DNA from: Euglena gracilis
Taxonomy: Eukaryota
Assembly: GCA_039621445.1 (NCBI GenBank)
Contig: CP154954.1
Coordinates: 7,513,425 to 7,577,424 of the forward strand
Direction: 5' to 3'
DNA: 64,000 bases
Part shown: one piece after another, positions 35,801 to 64,000 of the stretch
Position numbering within the stretch: the first letter of the stretch is position 1
Layout of the letters: the number at the start of each line of letters is the position of its first letter
Notes under the pieces: model-generated
Database searches by the model: none
Told to the model about the DNA's origin: nothing
The model's input: the letters and a program-made list of their open reading frames with translations, nothing else
Position numbers and translations under genes: made by a program

Positions 35801-36246
35801 ATGGGGGGAAAAAACATAGGCAAATCAATGAAGTGGCTGAGGCTCCGCACCAACTGGCAAGAAAGGCGGCCTTTGTGTGAACCCCAAAAAATAGGAGTCT
35901 TTCCTTTTGGGGCGTCTGGGCGATCACCTTTGTGCTAGAAGTGGATAACAGCGATTATGCTGCAGATGGTGTTTTAAGCCAGCATAACGCAGCAAAAGAA
36001 TTACACCCTGTGGCATTTTTAAGTAGAAAGCTACAAGGTGAAAATGGCAATGGTCAAGTCAAATGGATCATCTGCACCAACCATCCAGACGGAGGTACTG
36101 ATCATGGGGTGTCATCAGAGTGAGGTTAAATTACCCACAAGTTGGCGGTGGCCTTCCTCTCCTGGAAGCCCCCCCCCCCCTAAAAAGAAGCCCTGCTCTG
36201 GGGGCAGCGGCCCTGGGGGGTCGTCCCCCAAGCCACGGTCTGCCAT
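26900..36246 (-). CDS. Gene C: putative multi-exon Ala/Pro/Gly-rich protein of unknown function
   Basis: Exons 36199-36246 (MADRGLGDDPPGPLPP), 35398-35507 (EVEAWLGSCLAGLASQLALCLAKTGAEVDGFGELPKP) and 33816-~33690 (TDLPAQLRRLAAVVRAAEARLRRLAAVAE…) join in frame across introns with paired ends (CAG…CTG N5; CGG…CCG N6). Further GC-rich blocks at about 31100-31280, 29790-29860, 29400-29540, 27710-27770 and 26900-27010 are probable but unresolved exons. I recognise no family. Confidence 0.5.
28490..28884. mobile_element. hAT-like MITE (CAGGGTTCGATATAAGG family), 8-bp TSD CGGATGGG
   Basis: TIR CAGGGTTCGATATAAGG / CCTTATATCAAACCCTG with a perfect TSD. Confidence 0.88.
30108..30355. mobile_element. 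hAT-like MITE, 8-bp TSD CAGCCCTT
   Basis: CAGGGTTTATTTTT…AAAAAAACCCCTG with a perfect 8-bp TSD. Confidence 0.8.
30384..30669. mobile_element. TA-flanked MITE (GGAAACTGTCA / GACCCTGACAG family)
   Basis: TIR C(n)GGAAACTGTCA…TGACAGTTTCCCG(n)TA with internal GGGACCCTGACAG repeats. Confidence 0.8.
33065..33371. mobile_element. TA-flanked MITE (GGAAACTGTCA family)
   Basis: Near-identical to 30384-30669. Confidence 0.8.
34505..34740. repeat. Palindromic repeat containing interstitial TTAGGG telomere-like units
   Basis: About 6 TTAGGG units at 34551-34586 and CCCTAA units on the other arm. A diverged relative lies at about 55635-55830. Confidence 0.6.
35929..36036 (+). pseudogene. Degenerate Ty3/Gypsy-type LTR retrotransposon RNase H fragment
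   Basis: Translation FVLEVDNSDYAADGVLSQ…LHPVAFLSRKL resembles the Ty3/Gypsy RNase H motif (L.TDASDYA.GAVLSQ…HPVAF.SRKL). It is isolated and lies inside an intron of gene C. Confidence 0.75.
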
Positions 36247-36530
36247 GCGGGGAGAAGTCCAGGGGCGGGGCACACGGCTGCGGGGCCGAGGCCTGCGAGG
36301 GGAACGACGGACGGCCTCCGGGCCGGGGGTGGCCGAAGCCCCAGATCGCCGGCGCGCCGCCCTGGGCCGCCCAAGCTTCGTTTTAAGGCCTCCGGGGGAG
36401 GGGGGGGTCCCCCACCCAGCCCGGCGCGGGACCCCCCCTCCCCGTCTGAGGGCATTTCCTAAAAAACGGTTTTCGGCGCATCGTGCGGAACCCATACCGG
36501 GGCCTCCGGCCCGGGACGGGAGGGTTACAG

Positions 36531-36900
36531 TACCCCCCCCCTATGTCCAATGACCGGTAACCTCTGTCCTCTGCCCGGGGGGGGGGGGGGGTGGTCGTTG
36601 GACATGGGGTCAAAAGAAAGTTGGTGGGTACCCGGGTCCCCACCCACCCAAAAATGCCCAAATTTTCCATTCTGGCGCTTCGCGCCGAAAATTTTGGGCA
36701 ATTTGGACAAATTTTTGTCCAGAAAGTGTCAAAAATGGCCTTTTGGCCAAATTTTTGGCTAATTCTTGGGCAAAATTTTTCGTCCCGTCGCTTCTCGCCG
36801 GGACCAAAAATTTGGTCAAACCTCCGAAAAGGTGTCCTCTGACCGGGGGGTGGTCATTGGACATAGGGGGGTCATTGGACATAGGGGGGGGGGGGAGGTA
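36531..36900. mobile_element. TA-flanked MITE (CCCCTATGTCCAATGACC family), copy 2
   Basis: High identity to 24323-24696. Confidence 0.85.
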
Positions 36901-37196
36901 GTGGGAGGGTCCGTAGGAGGAGGGTCTCGAACCTCCTCGAACGACATTCGAGGAGGTTCGAGACCCTCCTCGAATGTCGTTCGAGGTCGTTCGAGGACGT
37001 TCGAGACCCTCCTCCTACGTACATGCATCCATCAATCAGGAGGTGAAAACCCAAACGACAGTCGCCACAACAAGTGGTGCAACACAAGAAACAAAAAAAC
37101 GAAATCTTTCAATGCAGGTTCCACGATGCAGGTTCAAGTGACGATTGGGTGTTTTGGGTACGGGTGTGGAGCACATGCAAACAAAACAGCTCAAAA

Positions 37197-38435
37197 ATAT
37201 GTTCCTTTTAATTTTTGCCACTGACGATGAGCGGGATGGTTGCAACCATTCACGATGAAATCTTAACCCTAACCCTACTCCTAATAACCTCAGAAATTCT
37301 CTCGGTATGGGATCATTTTTGAAGGAAAAAAAAAATGTTGAAGAATCGGTGCATTCTGCGAAAGAAAAAATATGTTTCTTTTACAATGCGTGGAAAAGTT
37401 CCCCCTACTGGGTACCAGCTACCCCAAAGAGTCGCCCAACTAGGGTTAATACACATGGGGGGACCCTCGCTCGGCGCCTTCGGCGCCTCGCTCGGGTCCC
37501 CCCATGTTTTTTAACCCCAGTTGGGCGACTCTTGGGGTTCGCTGTGTACCCTGTGGAGGGAAATATAGCAACGATGAGCGGGATGGTCGCAAACCATTGG
37601 GGATGAAATCTTAACCCTAACCCCATTCCTTCCAATAACCTCAGAAATTCTCGAGGGAATATTTTTGAATAAAATACTTTTGAATGAGTGCATTCCTGCG
37701 TAAGGAAAATAATGTTGCTTTTAAATTCTGCCACTGAAAGATTCCTGTGTTCCAAATCATGTCAATGCCAGTGGGGAAAAAAAAAACAGTTGAAACAAAA
37801 TCCTCTCTCTCTCTTCCCTGTCTTTAATTTCTTCCGGATCGTGCCAGTGAAAGACAAAAAAAAAACAAGCAGAATCAAGAACAATGAACCATGGACTTGC
37901 AACTTACAAAACAACTCAAAAATATGTTCCTTTTAATTTTTGCCACTGACGAGAGCGGGATGGTTGCAACCATTCGCGATGAAATCTTAACCCTAACCCT
38001 ACCTTCTAATAACCTCAGAAATTCTCTCGGTATGGGATCATTTTTGAAGGAAAAAAAAATGTTGAAGAATCGGTGCATTCTGCGAAAGAAAAAAATATGT
38101 TTCTATTACAATGCGTGGAAAAATACCCCCTACTGGGTACCAGCTACCCCAAAGAGTCGCCCAACTAGGGTTAATACACATGAGGGGACCCTCGCTCGGC
38201 GCCTTCGGCGCCTCGCTCGGGTCCCCCCATGGGCGACTCTTTGGGTTCGCTGTGTACCCTGTAGAGGGAAATGTAACAAAGATGAACAGGATGGTTGCAA
38301 ACCATTGGGGATGAAATCTTAACCCTAACCCTATTCCTTCTAATAACCTCAGAAATTCTCCCGGTATGGGAATATTTTTGAATAACATACGTTTGAATGA
38401 GTGCATTCCTGCGTAAGGAAAAATATTTTTAACCC
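37197..38435. repeat. Second array of the TAACCCTAGTTGGGCG repeat family
   Basis: Two ~720-bp-spaced duplicated blocks homologous to 11834-12616. Confidence 0.75.
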
Positions 38436-38475
38436 TAAAATTACGAGAATGTTGTGTTGAAGCTGTATGCATGTG

Positions 38476-38769
38476 TAGGAGGAGGGTCGAGATGTAGTTC
38501 GATCGTTCTCTCCCCCTCGAATGTCTTCGACGACGTTCGAGGAGGTTCGAGACCCTCCTCGAACGTCATTCGAGGTCATTCGAGGAGGTTCGTGACCCTC
38601 CTCTCACGACGTTCGAGGTCGTTCAAGGAGGTTCGAGACCTTCCTCGAATGTCGTTCGAGGTCGTTCGAAGGGTCCTCGAACATTTTTAAGCCCCCTTGA
38701 AGGGGGTGCTTAGAAACGTTCGAGGAGGTTCGAGCTTGAACGTTCGAGATCGAACCTCCTCCTACGGTA
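38476..38769. mobile_element. TCGA-rich MITE family member
   Basis: TAGGAGGAGGGTCGA…TCGAACCTCCTCCTACGGTA. Confidence 0.65.
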
Positions 38770-40664
38770 AGGCCTGGGACCACCCCCCAGGGGCAGTCCA
38801 GGGTCTTCGAACATAAAGCGCACCTCCCAGCCAGCGGGTAGGGTTTTCACAGCAGGTTGGGGGGGGGGGGGAGATGAGGCCCGGACCACGGGACCCGGGA
38901 TCATCTTCGTCAGTTGGCATCTCTTTGTCAACAGCCCTGAAGTGAAAATCTGAACAATCGACTAATTCAGCTTCTCCCAGTCGAAAGAAAAAAAATTGAG
39001 CACAAATGCAAGAACATATTACTTGAAAAGTATTCTCAGAAGGTATTTAGAGTGTCGTTGGTGTGTCCAGTCGGGGCGGGTAGGTTCCTAGGTCGTTCGG
39101 TTCGAGAGTCCTCGAGGTCGAGACCCTCCTTTCGAGTTCTCCTCGGTCATTCGATTCGAGACCCTCTCGAAGGTTCGTTCGAGGTCGTCAAGGGTTCGAG
39201 ACTTCCTCGCGAGTCGTTCGTTCGAGGTCGTTCCTTCCTCGAACATTTTTAAGCCCCCCTTGTGCTTAACGTTCGAGATCGACTCTACGGTCCCCCCCCC
39301 CCCCCCCCCCACCCCCCCACCCGAACAGCGCCCTCCAGCCATTTATTTTTCACAGCAGGTTTCACACGGTTTCCTTCGGAGGCCCGGACCACCGGCGGGG
39401 GGTCATCTTCGTCAGTTGCCCCTGAAGTGAAAATCTGAACAAGGTCGACTAATTCAGCTTCTCCCAGTCGAAAGAAAAAAATTGAGCACAAATGCAAAGC
39501 AACATATTACTTGAAAAGTATTCTCAGACCAGCGTATTTAGACAGTGTCGTTGTGTCCAGTCGGGGCGGGTAGGAATCCCCTAAACCCTATGGTGGGGGG
39601 GGTCGACCCACCCCCACCAGGCCCTCCTGTATCAGGGGGCTTGACTAGCAACGGAGATCAAAAACTGGAAGTGTCGCCTCCGTGGGGATGCTTTTTCGGA
39701 ATTTTTACAGTAAAAACACTTACTAATGTAATTAACAACCAAGAGCTGACACCAGAACCTTGAACCCTGGGGAGGAAGAGATTCAGGGGAAATGGCAGGT
39801 GGCCCAGCAAAACACGATGATGTTTGCCGTTAAACTGCCACCACTGTTCATTTTCTTTGAGACTTCCTGTTGCGCAACAGGGAAATTGAAAGAGAAAAAA
39901 AAACAAAATGAAATAAATTAAAATAATTTTTTTATAAAATAAATTATTAAATTTAAAATTAAATAAAATTAAATTATATTAAATTGATGAAATGTGTTCC
40001 TCTTGACAAATCACAGTCAGAGACTCTGACGAGATGAGGAACGCACCATCGTTGCAGGTGAACTTCCTGGGGTGTGCTTGGACAAAAGGAGCGTGTGCAA
40101 TATATGATGTATGAGACGAAATTGGGGCATCCAAATACCATGGCAAAGCAGCAGGAACCTTCAAAAAACGCAGGAAGGGGGTATGGGTGAGCGCCTTCAC
40201 AGTGTTGCTGGGGAGCAACAGAAGGATGATGTGCAGTTTGCGGAGACGTGGGGCGCTGGGAAGCGTGCCATACCCCACCTGTCTACATCCGTCGGCAGGC
40301 TTTGGCTTCCGTTCGGCTAAAAGACCGCTGGTGTTTACTAAACCATTTGCACCCTCCCGCCCCACCCAAAGAATCACAAAGCATTCACCACAAGAGACTC
40401 CTGTCTGCTTGCCACCAATGCATGTCCCACGTTCACTGGATTCTGCCAGGTGAGGGTCACAACCGCCGTCCTCCCCCGTGCAGACAAAAACACACACAGC
40501 AAACGCTGCAACACGCAACACATGTGCTATGATATATAGACATAGATATGGTAGATATGGTCCCGTGAGCTGCGAGACGGCCATTTTGGCCTTTCCCCGA
40601 AGCCCTCTGCCAGTATTTTACTTAGAAACCGCCTGGGATAGAAGCACGATAGGAATACCATTAC

Positions 40665-40915
40665 CACCCCCCCCCCGGGAAACTGTCACTGACAGGTCTG
40701 CCGGTAGCGGGGACCCTGACAACTTCTTATCATGACAGGTTGGCCCGCATCAAAGGCCCTCTGACAGTTTCCCAGGTTGGTCAATTCAGGGAAAGTCAAT
40801 GAAAAATGACCCTGACAGGTTGGCCGGTGCCGGGGACCCTGACAACTTCCTATACTGACAGGTTGGCCGGACCCTGACTGTTTCCCGGGCGGGACCCTGA
40901 CAAGTTCTCGGGCGT
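40665..40915. mobile_element. GGAAACTGTCA-family MITE, interrupted at its right end by another element
   Basis: Left TIR and internal repeats are present. A right-end-like AGTTTCCCGGGGGG reappears at about 43250-43272 after nested inserts. Confidence 0.6.
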
Positions 40916-41119
40916 GGTAAACCCCCCCCTCACTTATAACCCCCCGGGGGTTATAGGATCCTGTTTAGTGGTTGGCCCTGAGGGGGGGGTATAAGTGGGG
41001 GGGGTTACAGCCGTGGCGGTTCTCTTTGGTTTCTCAAATCTTCCCGGGGGGGGGGGGGGGGGTATAAGTCACGGTTTAGTGGTTGGGCCCGAGGGGGGGG
41101 GGTTATAAGTGGGGGGGTC

Positions 41120-43197
41120 GCTGAGCTCTTATCTCTTTAGAGTAAGAGCGAAGCTTACCACCAGGGAAAAGTGGGGGGTCGGACCCGCCCCCCCTCCCCC
41201 GGCCCCCCCCCCTCTGGGTAGACCGTGAAAACCGCGGATTATCACCATGACCCCTGCCCGGTTCCGGGAATTTTTTTTTCCAGATGCGAGCGACTGGATT
41301 TCTAGTTTCCGAATCACCTGGGTTTGACCCCCAACTCCCCGCCAGGCCCGAGTTATTCACGCGCGAAGGGGTCCAAACTGGGTAGGATTTACCCGCCCCC
41401 CCTGGATGAGCCCCCCCCCCCTTTGGACTCTGCCATTTCGGCCAAAAAATGTCAATTTTCAAAATATCTCCAAAATGAAGCCAAATCAAAGGAAAAGTTC
41501 GGAGACCTAATTTGAAGCCCTTGGAACGCCCCATCCACCGGTATTTTGATTTCCCCGCAACTCCCCGCCCAGCCCGAGATATGGCCGTTTTCGGCCCAGA
41601 TGGCCGTTTTGTACACTTTTCCCTCTGTTCGACTTAGCCGTTTTCGGGGGGTGGGGGGTCAAAAAATCGATGTTTGCAAAATTTCTCGAAAATGATGCAA
41701 AGTCAAAGGAAATGTCCGGAGACCTAAATTGAAGCCCTTGGAACGCTCTATCTACTGGGGTTTTGGTTTCCCCGCAAATCACCGCCCAGCCCGAGATACG
41801 GGCGTTTTTTGGCCAATTTGGGCCATTTCAGGCCATTTTGTACACTTTTCCTTCTGTTCGACTTAGCCGTTTTCGGCCCAAAAAGTCGAAAAAAATCGAA
41901 AAAAATTTTTTTGCCCGAAACGATGTTTTTTGGCCTCCCGGACCCAGAAAAACTGTTTTTGAGCCGAAAACGAGCGTTTTTCGACCCGCCAGCGCCCCGT
42001 TTTGGGCCGCCGACCCATTGACTTTGGGTCAAAACCGGGTCGAAAAAGTCGAAAAAAATCGAAAAAAATTTTTTTGCCCGAAACGATGTTTTTTGGCCTC
42101 CCGGACCCAGAAAAACTGTTTTTGAGCCGAAAACGAGCGTTTTTCGACCCGCCAGCGCCCCGTTTTGGGCCGCCGACCCATTGACTTTGGGTCAAAACCG
42201 GGTCGAAAAAGTCGAAAAAAATCGAAAAAAATTTTTTTGCCCGAAACGATGTTTTTTGGCCTCCCGGACCCAGAAAAACTGTTTTTGAGCCGAAAACGAG
42301 CGTTTTTCGACCCGCCAGCGCCCCGTTTTGGGCCGCCGACCCATTGATTTTGGGTCAAAACCGGGTCGAAAAAGTCGAAAAAAAATCGAAAAAATTTTTT
42401 TTGCCCGAGACGATGTTTTTTGGCCTCCCGGACCCAGAAAAACTGTTTTTGAGCCGAAAACGAGCGTTTTTCGACCCGCCAGCGCCCCGTTTTGGGCCGC
42501 CGACCCATTGATTTTGGGTCAAATCCGGGTCGAAAAAATCGAAAAAAATCGAAAATTTTTTTTTGCCCGAAACGATGTTTTTTGGCCTCCCGGACCCAGA
42601 AAAACTGTTTTTGAGCCGAAAACGAGCGTTTTTCGACCCGCCAGCGCCCCGTTTTGGGCCGCCGACCCATTGACTTTGGGTCAAAACCGGGTCGAAAAAA
42701 TCGAAAAAAATCGAAAAAAAATTTTTTGCCCGAAACGATGTTTTTTGGCCTCCCGGACCAACAACCAAAAACACAACCCACCCCCCTCCCCCCCCCCAGC
42801 CCCCCCCCCCCCCCCCCCAACACCCCCCCCACCATCCACCAAAACACCCTCCCCCACCACCCCCCCCCCCCCGCCCCCCCCCCCCCCCCCCCCCCCCTCC
42901 ACCCCTCCACCCCCCGCCAGTGCCCCGTTTTGGGCCGCCGACCCATTGACTTTGGGTCAAAACCGGGTCAAAAAAGTCGAAAAAAATCGAAAAATTTTTT
43001 TGGACCAAAACAATATTTTGGGGCCTCCCGGACCCGGAAAAACTGTTTTTGAGCCGAAAATGAGCGTTTTTCGACCCACCGGCGCCCTGTTTCTGGCACA
43101 AAACCCATGGATTTCAGGCAAAAGAGCTCCATGGAGTGGGCCGGTATGTATGGAGGGGTCAATGAAGGGGTGCGTGCGCGCTTATTAAGAGCTCAGC
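41120..43197. mobile_element. 2.1-kb element with GCTGAGCTCTTA inverted ends carrying a 163-bp tandem array
   Basis: GCTGAGCTCTTA…TAAGAGCTCAGC. Its internal part is homologous to about 51690-52260. Nested in a TTATAAGTGGGG repeat. Confidence 0.6.
41875..43085. repeat. 163-bp tandem repeat (satellite-like), about 7 copies
   Basis: Identical phrases recur at 42002, 42165 and 42328 (period 163). One unit (about 42760-42915) is replaced by C-rich noise. Confidence 0.9.
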
Positions 43198-43666
43198 ACT
43201 ATTCAAAACCTGGTTATAAGATGGGGGGTTATAAGTGGGGGGTCGGGTTTAGTTTCCCGGGGGGGGGGGGGTGCACTCTGACAAAATTGCAAGGGCAGGG
43301 CTTCTATTAGGTGCAGGTATGAGCTTCGGGGGTATTTCAGGCTGTTTTCCTCCCATGGGGGTCCAACATTCGGCTCTCCGGCACATTGAAATTCTGGGGG
43401 AGGAGGGAAATACTTCATTTGGTGGGAAGCTACGAAGACAACCCATTACACCCACCACCCTTAGGGTTCCCAATCGGGGGTTTTCTAAAAAGAAAACAAC
43501 CTCGGGGGACGGAAGGAAAAAGGTGTTGGAGGTCCGCACCCGGGCTGGAAGCTGCTTTCTGGAAAAAGGATCTGGCTCCCCCAGGGGGTGTGGTCCCCTC
43601 CGACTTAAGAAAACCCCTGTCCCAGATTCCCATTCAGCCCTGGGGACAAGGATTTCCTTTCAGGGG

Positions 43667-43940
43667 CAGGCTTCTTTTTAAGACCCCCGGGGGGGAGGGG
43701 GGGTCCCCCCCACCCACCCAGGGTGGCGCGGGGCCCCCCCCCGGGGGGGGGGGGGGCGGGAGGACCCCCCGAAAATTGGGCCCGTTAAAGGCAATTTTCA
43801 AAAATTTTCGGCGCTTCGCGCCGAAAAGGTATACCGAGCGCCTCCGGCGCGGACCCCCCTGGGGGGGGGGGGGGGCCGGCCCGGACCCACCCACCCACCC
43901 CCCCCCCGGGGGAGGGTCAGGTGACTTAAAAAGAAGCCTG
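43667..43940. mobile_element. hAT-like MITE (CAGGCTTCTTTTTAAG family), 8-bp TSD TTCAGGGG
   Basis: Perfect 16-bp TIR and perfect TSD. Related to 23499-23740. Confidence 0.88.
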
Positions 43941-44574
43941 TTCAGGGGGTGGTTGGCAATACCACTGTCTTCTGGCAGGAATACAGTTCCGTCGGCTGCA
44001 AGTGTGGTAGACGTACTGAAGCAGAAGCCCAATGGATGCTGACCCCTAGGCATGGGCTGGCCCAGGGGGGCCCGGCTTAGCGGGGAAAGGAAAGAAATGT
44101 GAGTGAGAAAGGGGGAGGAACTTTGAGAGAGGCGAGTGACGAGAACGACGCTGGTGACGGGAGTATGGTCACAATTGTACCATGGCTTCCCCACCCCAAT
44201 GGGGTCGCATTCCACTGTCCAAAAAAGAACAACAACAATTTGCCACTTTTTTGAAAACCAGTCGGTCAGTTCGGACCCCCCAAACGGACTAAATGGCCAA
44301 ACAGCAATGGACTTGGAGCCACTTATGGTACTTCTGGCTGCTCCCAAATCCCCCTGAGAGAGGGATTGGGGGTTTGATTGACCCCCAATGCTTTGGGGGT
44401 CAATCAAACCAGTCAATCAGCCCCCAGGACTCGCATGCGTTAAACCCTGGGTCATCACTCACTAAGCAACGGCACAAATCATGAGCGGGCCGTGCCCCCG
44501 GAGGCCATAGTCACTGGCGATGGCTCGCGAGCGGCAACAGGCCCTGGGTCCCAAATCCCCACAGGTCACGAGGG

Positions 44575-61697
<17,123 letters not shown>

Positions 61698-61720
61698 GGC
61701 CCCCTGTGTTGAGGGTCAGG
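61698..61720 (-). promoter_or_regulatory. Possible spliced-leader trans-splice acceptor of gene B
   Basis: CCCTCAACACAG|GGGGCC-ATG. This is an inference from euglenozoan SL trans-splicing. Confidence 0.3.
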
Positions 61721-63030
61721 ACCCACACACCCACCACCCGGAAGGAAGGGGGGGCTCAGGGGGACCTGTGTTTGTTTGGGCGGCAAGGATAACTTAAGCG
61801 TGCACTGCCCATGCGAACGGCACACAGGGGGAGAAAATTGCGTCGACGTTTACAGGAAAATTATCTCCCGGAACCCTGTCAGCTGGCCACCCCCGCAACA
61901 CATCACGTGGCTTGATGGCTGCCACGCCATGTCTAATGGGCTGCACATGCCACCAAGATGCGGCGGCCAGACTGACACATCAGCATCTAAGATCCATAAG
62001 TGGAGAAGTGGGGCCACATTTTGGGATTCAAGTGTTCTAAATATATGCAGTATTATCTCTTTCTATTTTAGTACTCTGTTTTATAATTACCATTCCGGCG
62101 CCCTTTGGGTGGGTCACCACAAATTGGTAATGTTTGGAGCATGGTTATTTTAAGCTACCTTTCTGGGCATGGCCTGTGCGGGGGATTTTTTTTCAATTTT
62201 GGTAAAAAAAAATGTGTTTTTTTCTTTTTGCCAGTGATTTTTGAGTTTTTGCTCGACAATTTTTTGGACCTTGTTATACCAGTGAGAAATATGCAAAAAT
62301 TTGCCCAACTTAAGCGCAATGTTGCATGACATGTAATATTGCAGAATTAAATAAAATTCTGAGATTTTCTTGAGAAGGTGAGTCTTGTCTAGCAGTGTTC
62401 ATCGGGGGTGTCTTTTTTACATTTTCTAGGTCTGTGTTGCCCCCCCCCCCCCCGCTGTAGTTTGCTGGAGGTCGGATAGGGCTGGTTTTTGAAATGGGAA
62501 AGGTTTTCTCCTTAAGGAAGGGTTTACCCCATGCTGCTCTTTTATGAGATGTTTATACAAAGATTTGCATAATAAGCTTCTGCAAAATATGTGAGTGGGT
62601 CATTTTGGCTCCAAACCACCTTTGAATCGGAAAAGCGGACCAGCAAAACAAGATATGACACAGAAGCAATGCCCACTCGCCAAGGAGTGGCATATTAGTT
62701 CCAGTGGCACGGGAGGTCCAGGGGCAGGACTGGGCTGCACGTGTGCAACGTTGGGGGGGGGGGCGGTCGCGTTCATGCGTGGTTGGGGAGTGGGGAGGGG
62801 CAGGAGGGGCAGACTCTGATGGCCACAAATGGTGACCGTGTTCGGGTTGCAAGGGCGAGGGCAGGCAGACAGAGCCCCTGGGGCTCCACAGCAAGGGAGG
62901 GGGTAGTGTACAGCCGGCAGTGGAACCAAACGGACGCCATCGAACGGCAGCAAACTGGACGGGCCCCGTCGACCGCCGGCGCGCTGGTGGGCCCGAAGCA
63001 AACACCCATGAACATCCAGAATCCTGAACC

Positions 63031-64000
63031 CGGTCACGCCCAGTCACGCCCAGTCACGCGCATTCACACGCAGTCACACCCATCCACACACAGTAACGCC
63101 CAGTCACACGCAGCCACACGCAGTCACGCCCAGTCATACCCAGTCACACGCAGCCACGCCCAGTCACACGCAGCCACGCACAGTCACACGCAGTCACGCC
63201 CAGTCACACACAGTCATACTCATTCACACGCACGCAGTCGCACGCGCAGCCACGCCCAGTCACGCGCAGTCACACGCAGCCACGCCCAGTCACACGCAGT
63301 CATGCCCAGTCACGCCCAGTCACACGCAGTCAGGCCCAGTCATGCCCATTCACACACAGTCACGCCCAGTCACACGCAGCCACGCCCAGTCACACGCAGT
63401 CACGCCCAGTCACGCCCAGTCACACGCAGTGATGCCCAGTCATGTCCAGTCACACGCAGTCACACGCAGCCACGCCCGGTCACACGCAGTCACGCCCAGT
63501 CACGCCCAGTCACACGCAGCCACCCCCAGTCACACACAGTCACGCCCAGTCACGCCCAGTCACGCCCAGTCACGCCCAGTCACACGCAGTCACACGCAGC
63601 CACGCCCAGTCACACGCAGCCACGCCCAGTCACACGCAGTCACGCCCAGTCACACGCAGTCACGCCCAGTCACGCCCAGTCACGCCCAGTCACGTCCAGT
63701 CACACGCAGTCACGCCCAGTCACACGCAGTCACGCCCAGTCACACGCAGCCACGCCCAGTCACACGCAGTCACGCCCAGTCACGCCCAGTCACGCCCAGT
63801 CACGCCCAGTCACACGCAGTCATGCCCAGTCACACGCAGCCACGCCCAGTCACACGCAGCCACGCCCAGTCACACGCAGTCACGCCCAGTCACGCCCAGC
63901 CACTCGCAGTCATGCCCAGTCACACGCAGCCACACCCAGTCACGCCTAGTCACGCCCAGTCACGTGCAGTCCCACGCAGTCACGCCCAGCCACACGCAGT
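63031..64000. repeat. 10-bp tandem repeat CAGTCACGCC/CAGTCACACG, running off the window
   Basis: Directly visible 10-nt period. Confidence 0.95.

Noticed and set aside
38844-39574. ~230-bp direct repeat (38844-39084 and 39347-39574) that could be LTRs
   Set aside because: There is no TG…CA, PBS or coding interior. Scattered indels suggest a local tandem duplication or an assembly artefact.
42760-42915. C-rich patch replacing part of a 163-bp unit
   Set aside because: It looks like low-quality base-calling or consensus noise.
41875-43085. Regular repeats resembling a CRISPR array
   Set aside because: The units are contiguous and near-identical with no unique spacers, there are no cas genes, and the context is eukaryotic.
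62741-63949. 402-aa SHAQSRPVT-repeat ORF
   Set aside because: It is a by-product of a stop-free 10-bp tandem repeat, with no other coding evidence.

Overview
Eukaryotic, repeat-rich genomic DNA, very probably from a euglenid (Euglena-like). I reconstructed by hand two minus-strand paralogous ankyrin-repeat/6TM TRPV-like channel genes. Gene B is complete (44575-61697, 24 exons, 675 aa). Gene A starts at 23859 and runs off the left edge (20 exons visible). Between them lies a less certain third gene (about 26900-36250). None of the reconstructed introns is GT-AG. Each is a euglenid-type nonconventional intron: exon|N3-CAG...CTG-N5(6)|R, with ends that base-pair. Several homologous introns show compensatory swaps between the paralogs (CAG/CTG vs CGG/CCG vs CTG/CAG). 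The introns and spacers are packed with MITEs. The key observation is that several MITEs here have CAG...CTG (or CAA...TTG) termini and 8-bp target-site duplications. Since 3+5=8, such an element inserted in an exon would be removed precisely by the nonconventional splicing rule. One intron found only in gene A (7770-8142) still looks like such an element, with 12-bp perfect TIRs and a 6/8 TSD. This points to hAT-like MITEs acting as 'introners' that generate nonconventional introns. Most of the supplied six-frame ORFs are spurious.
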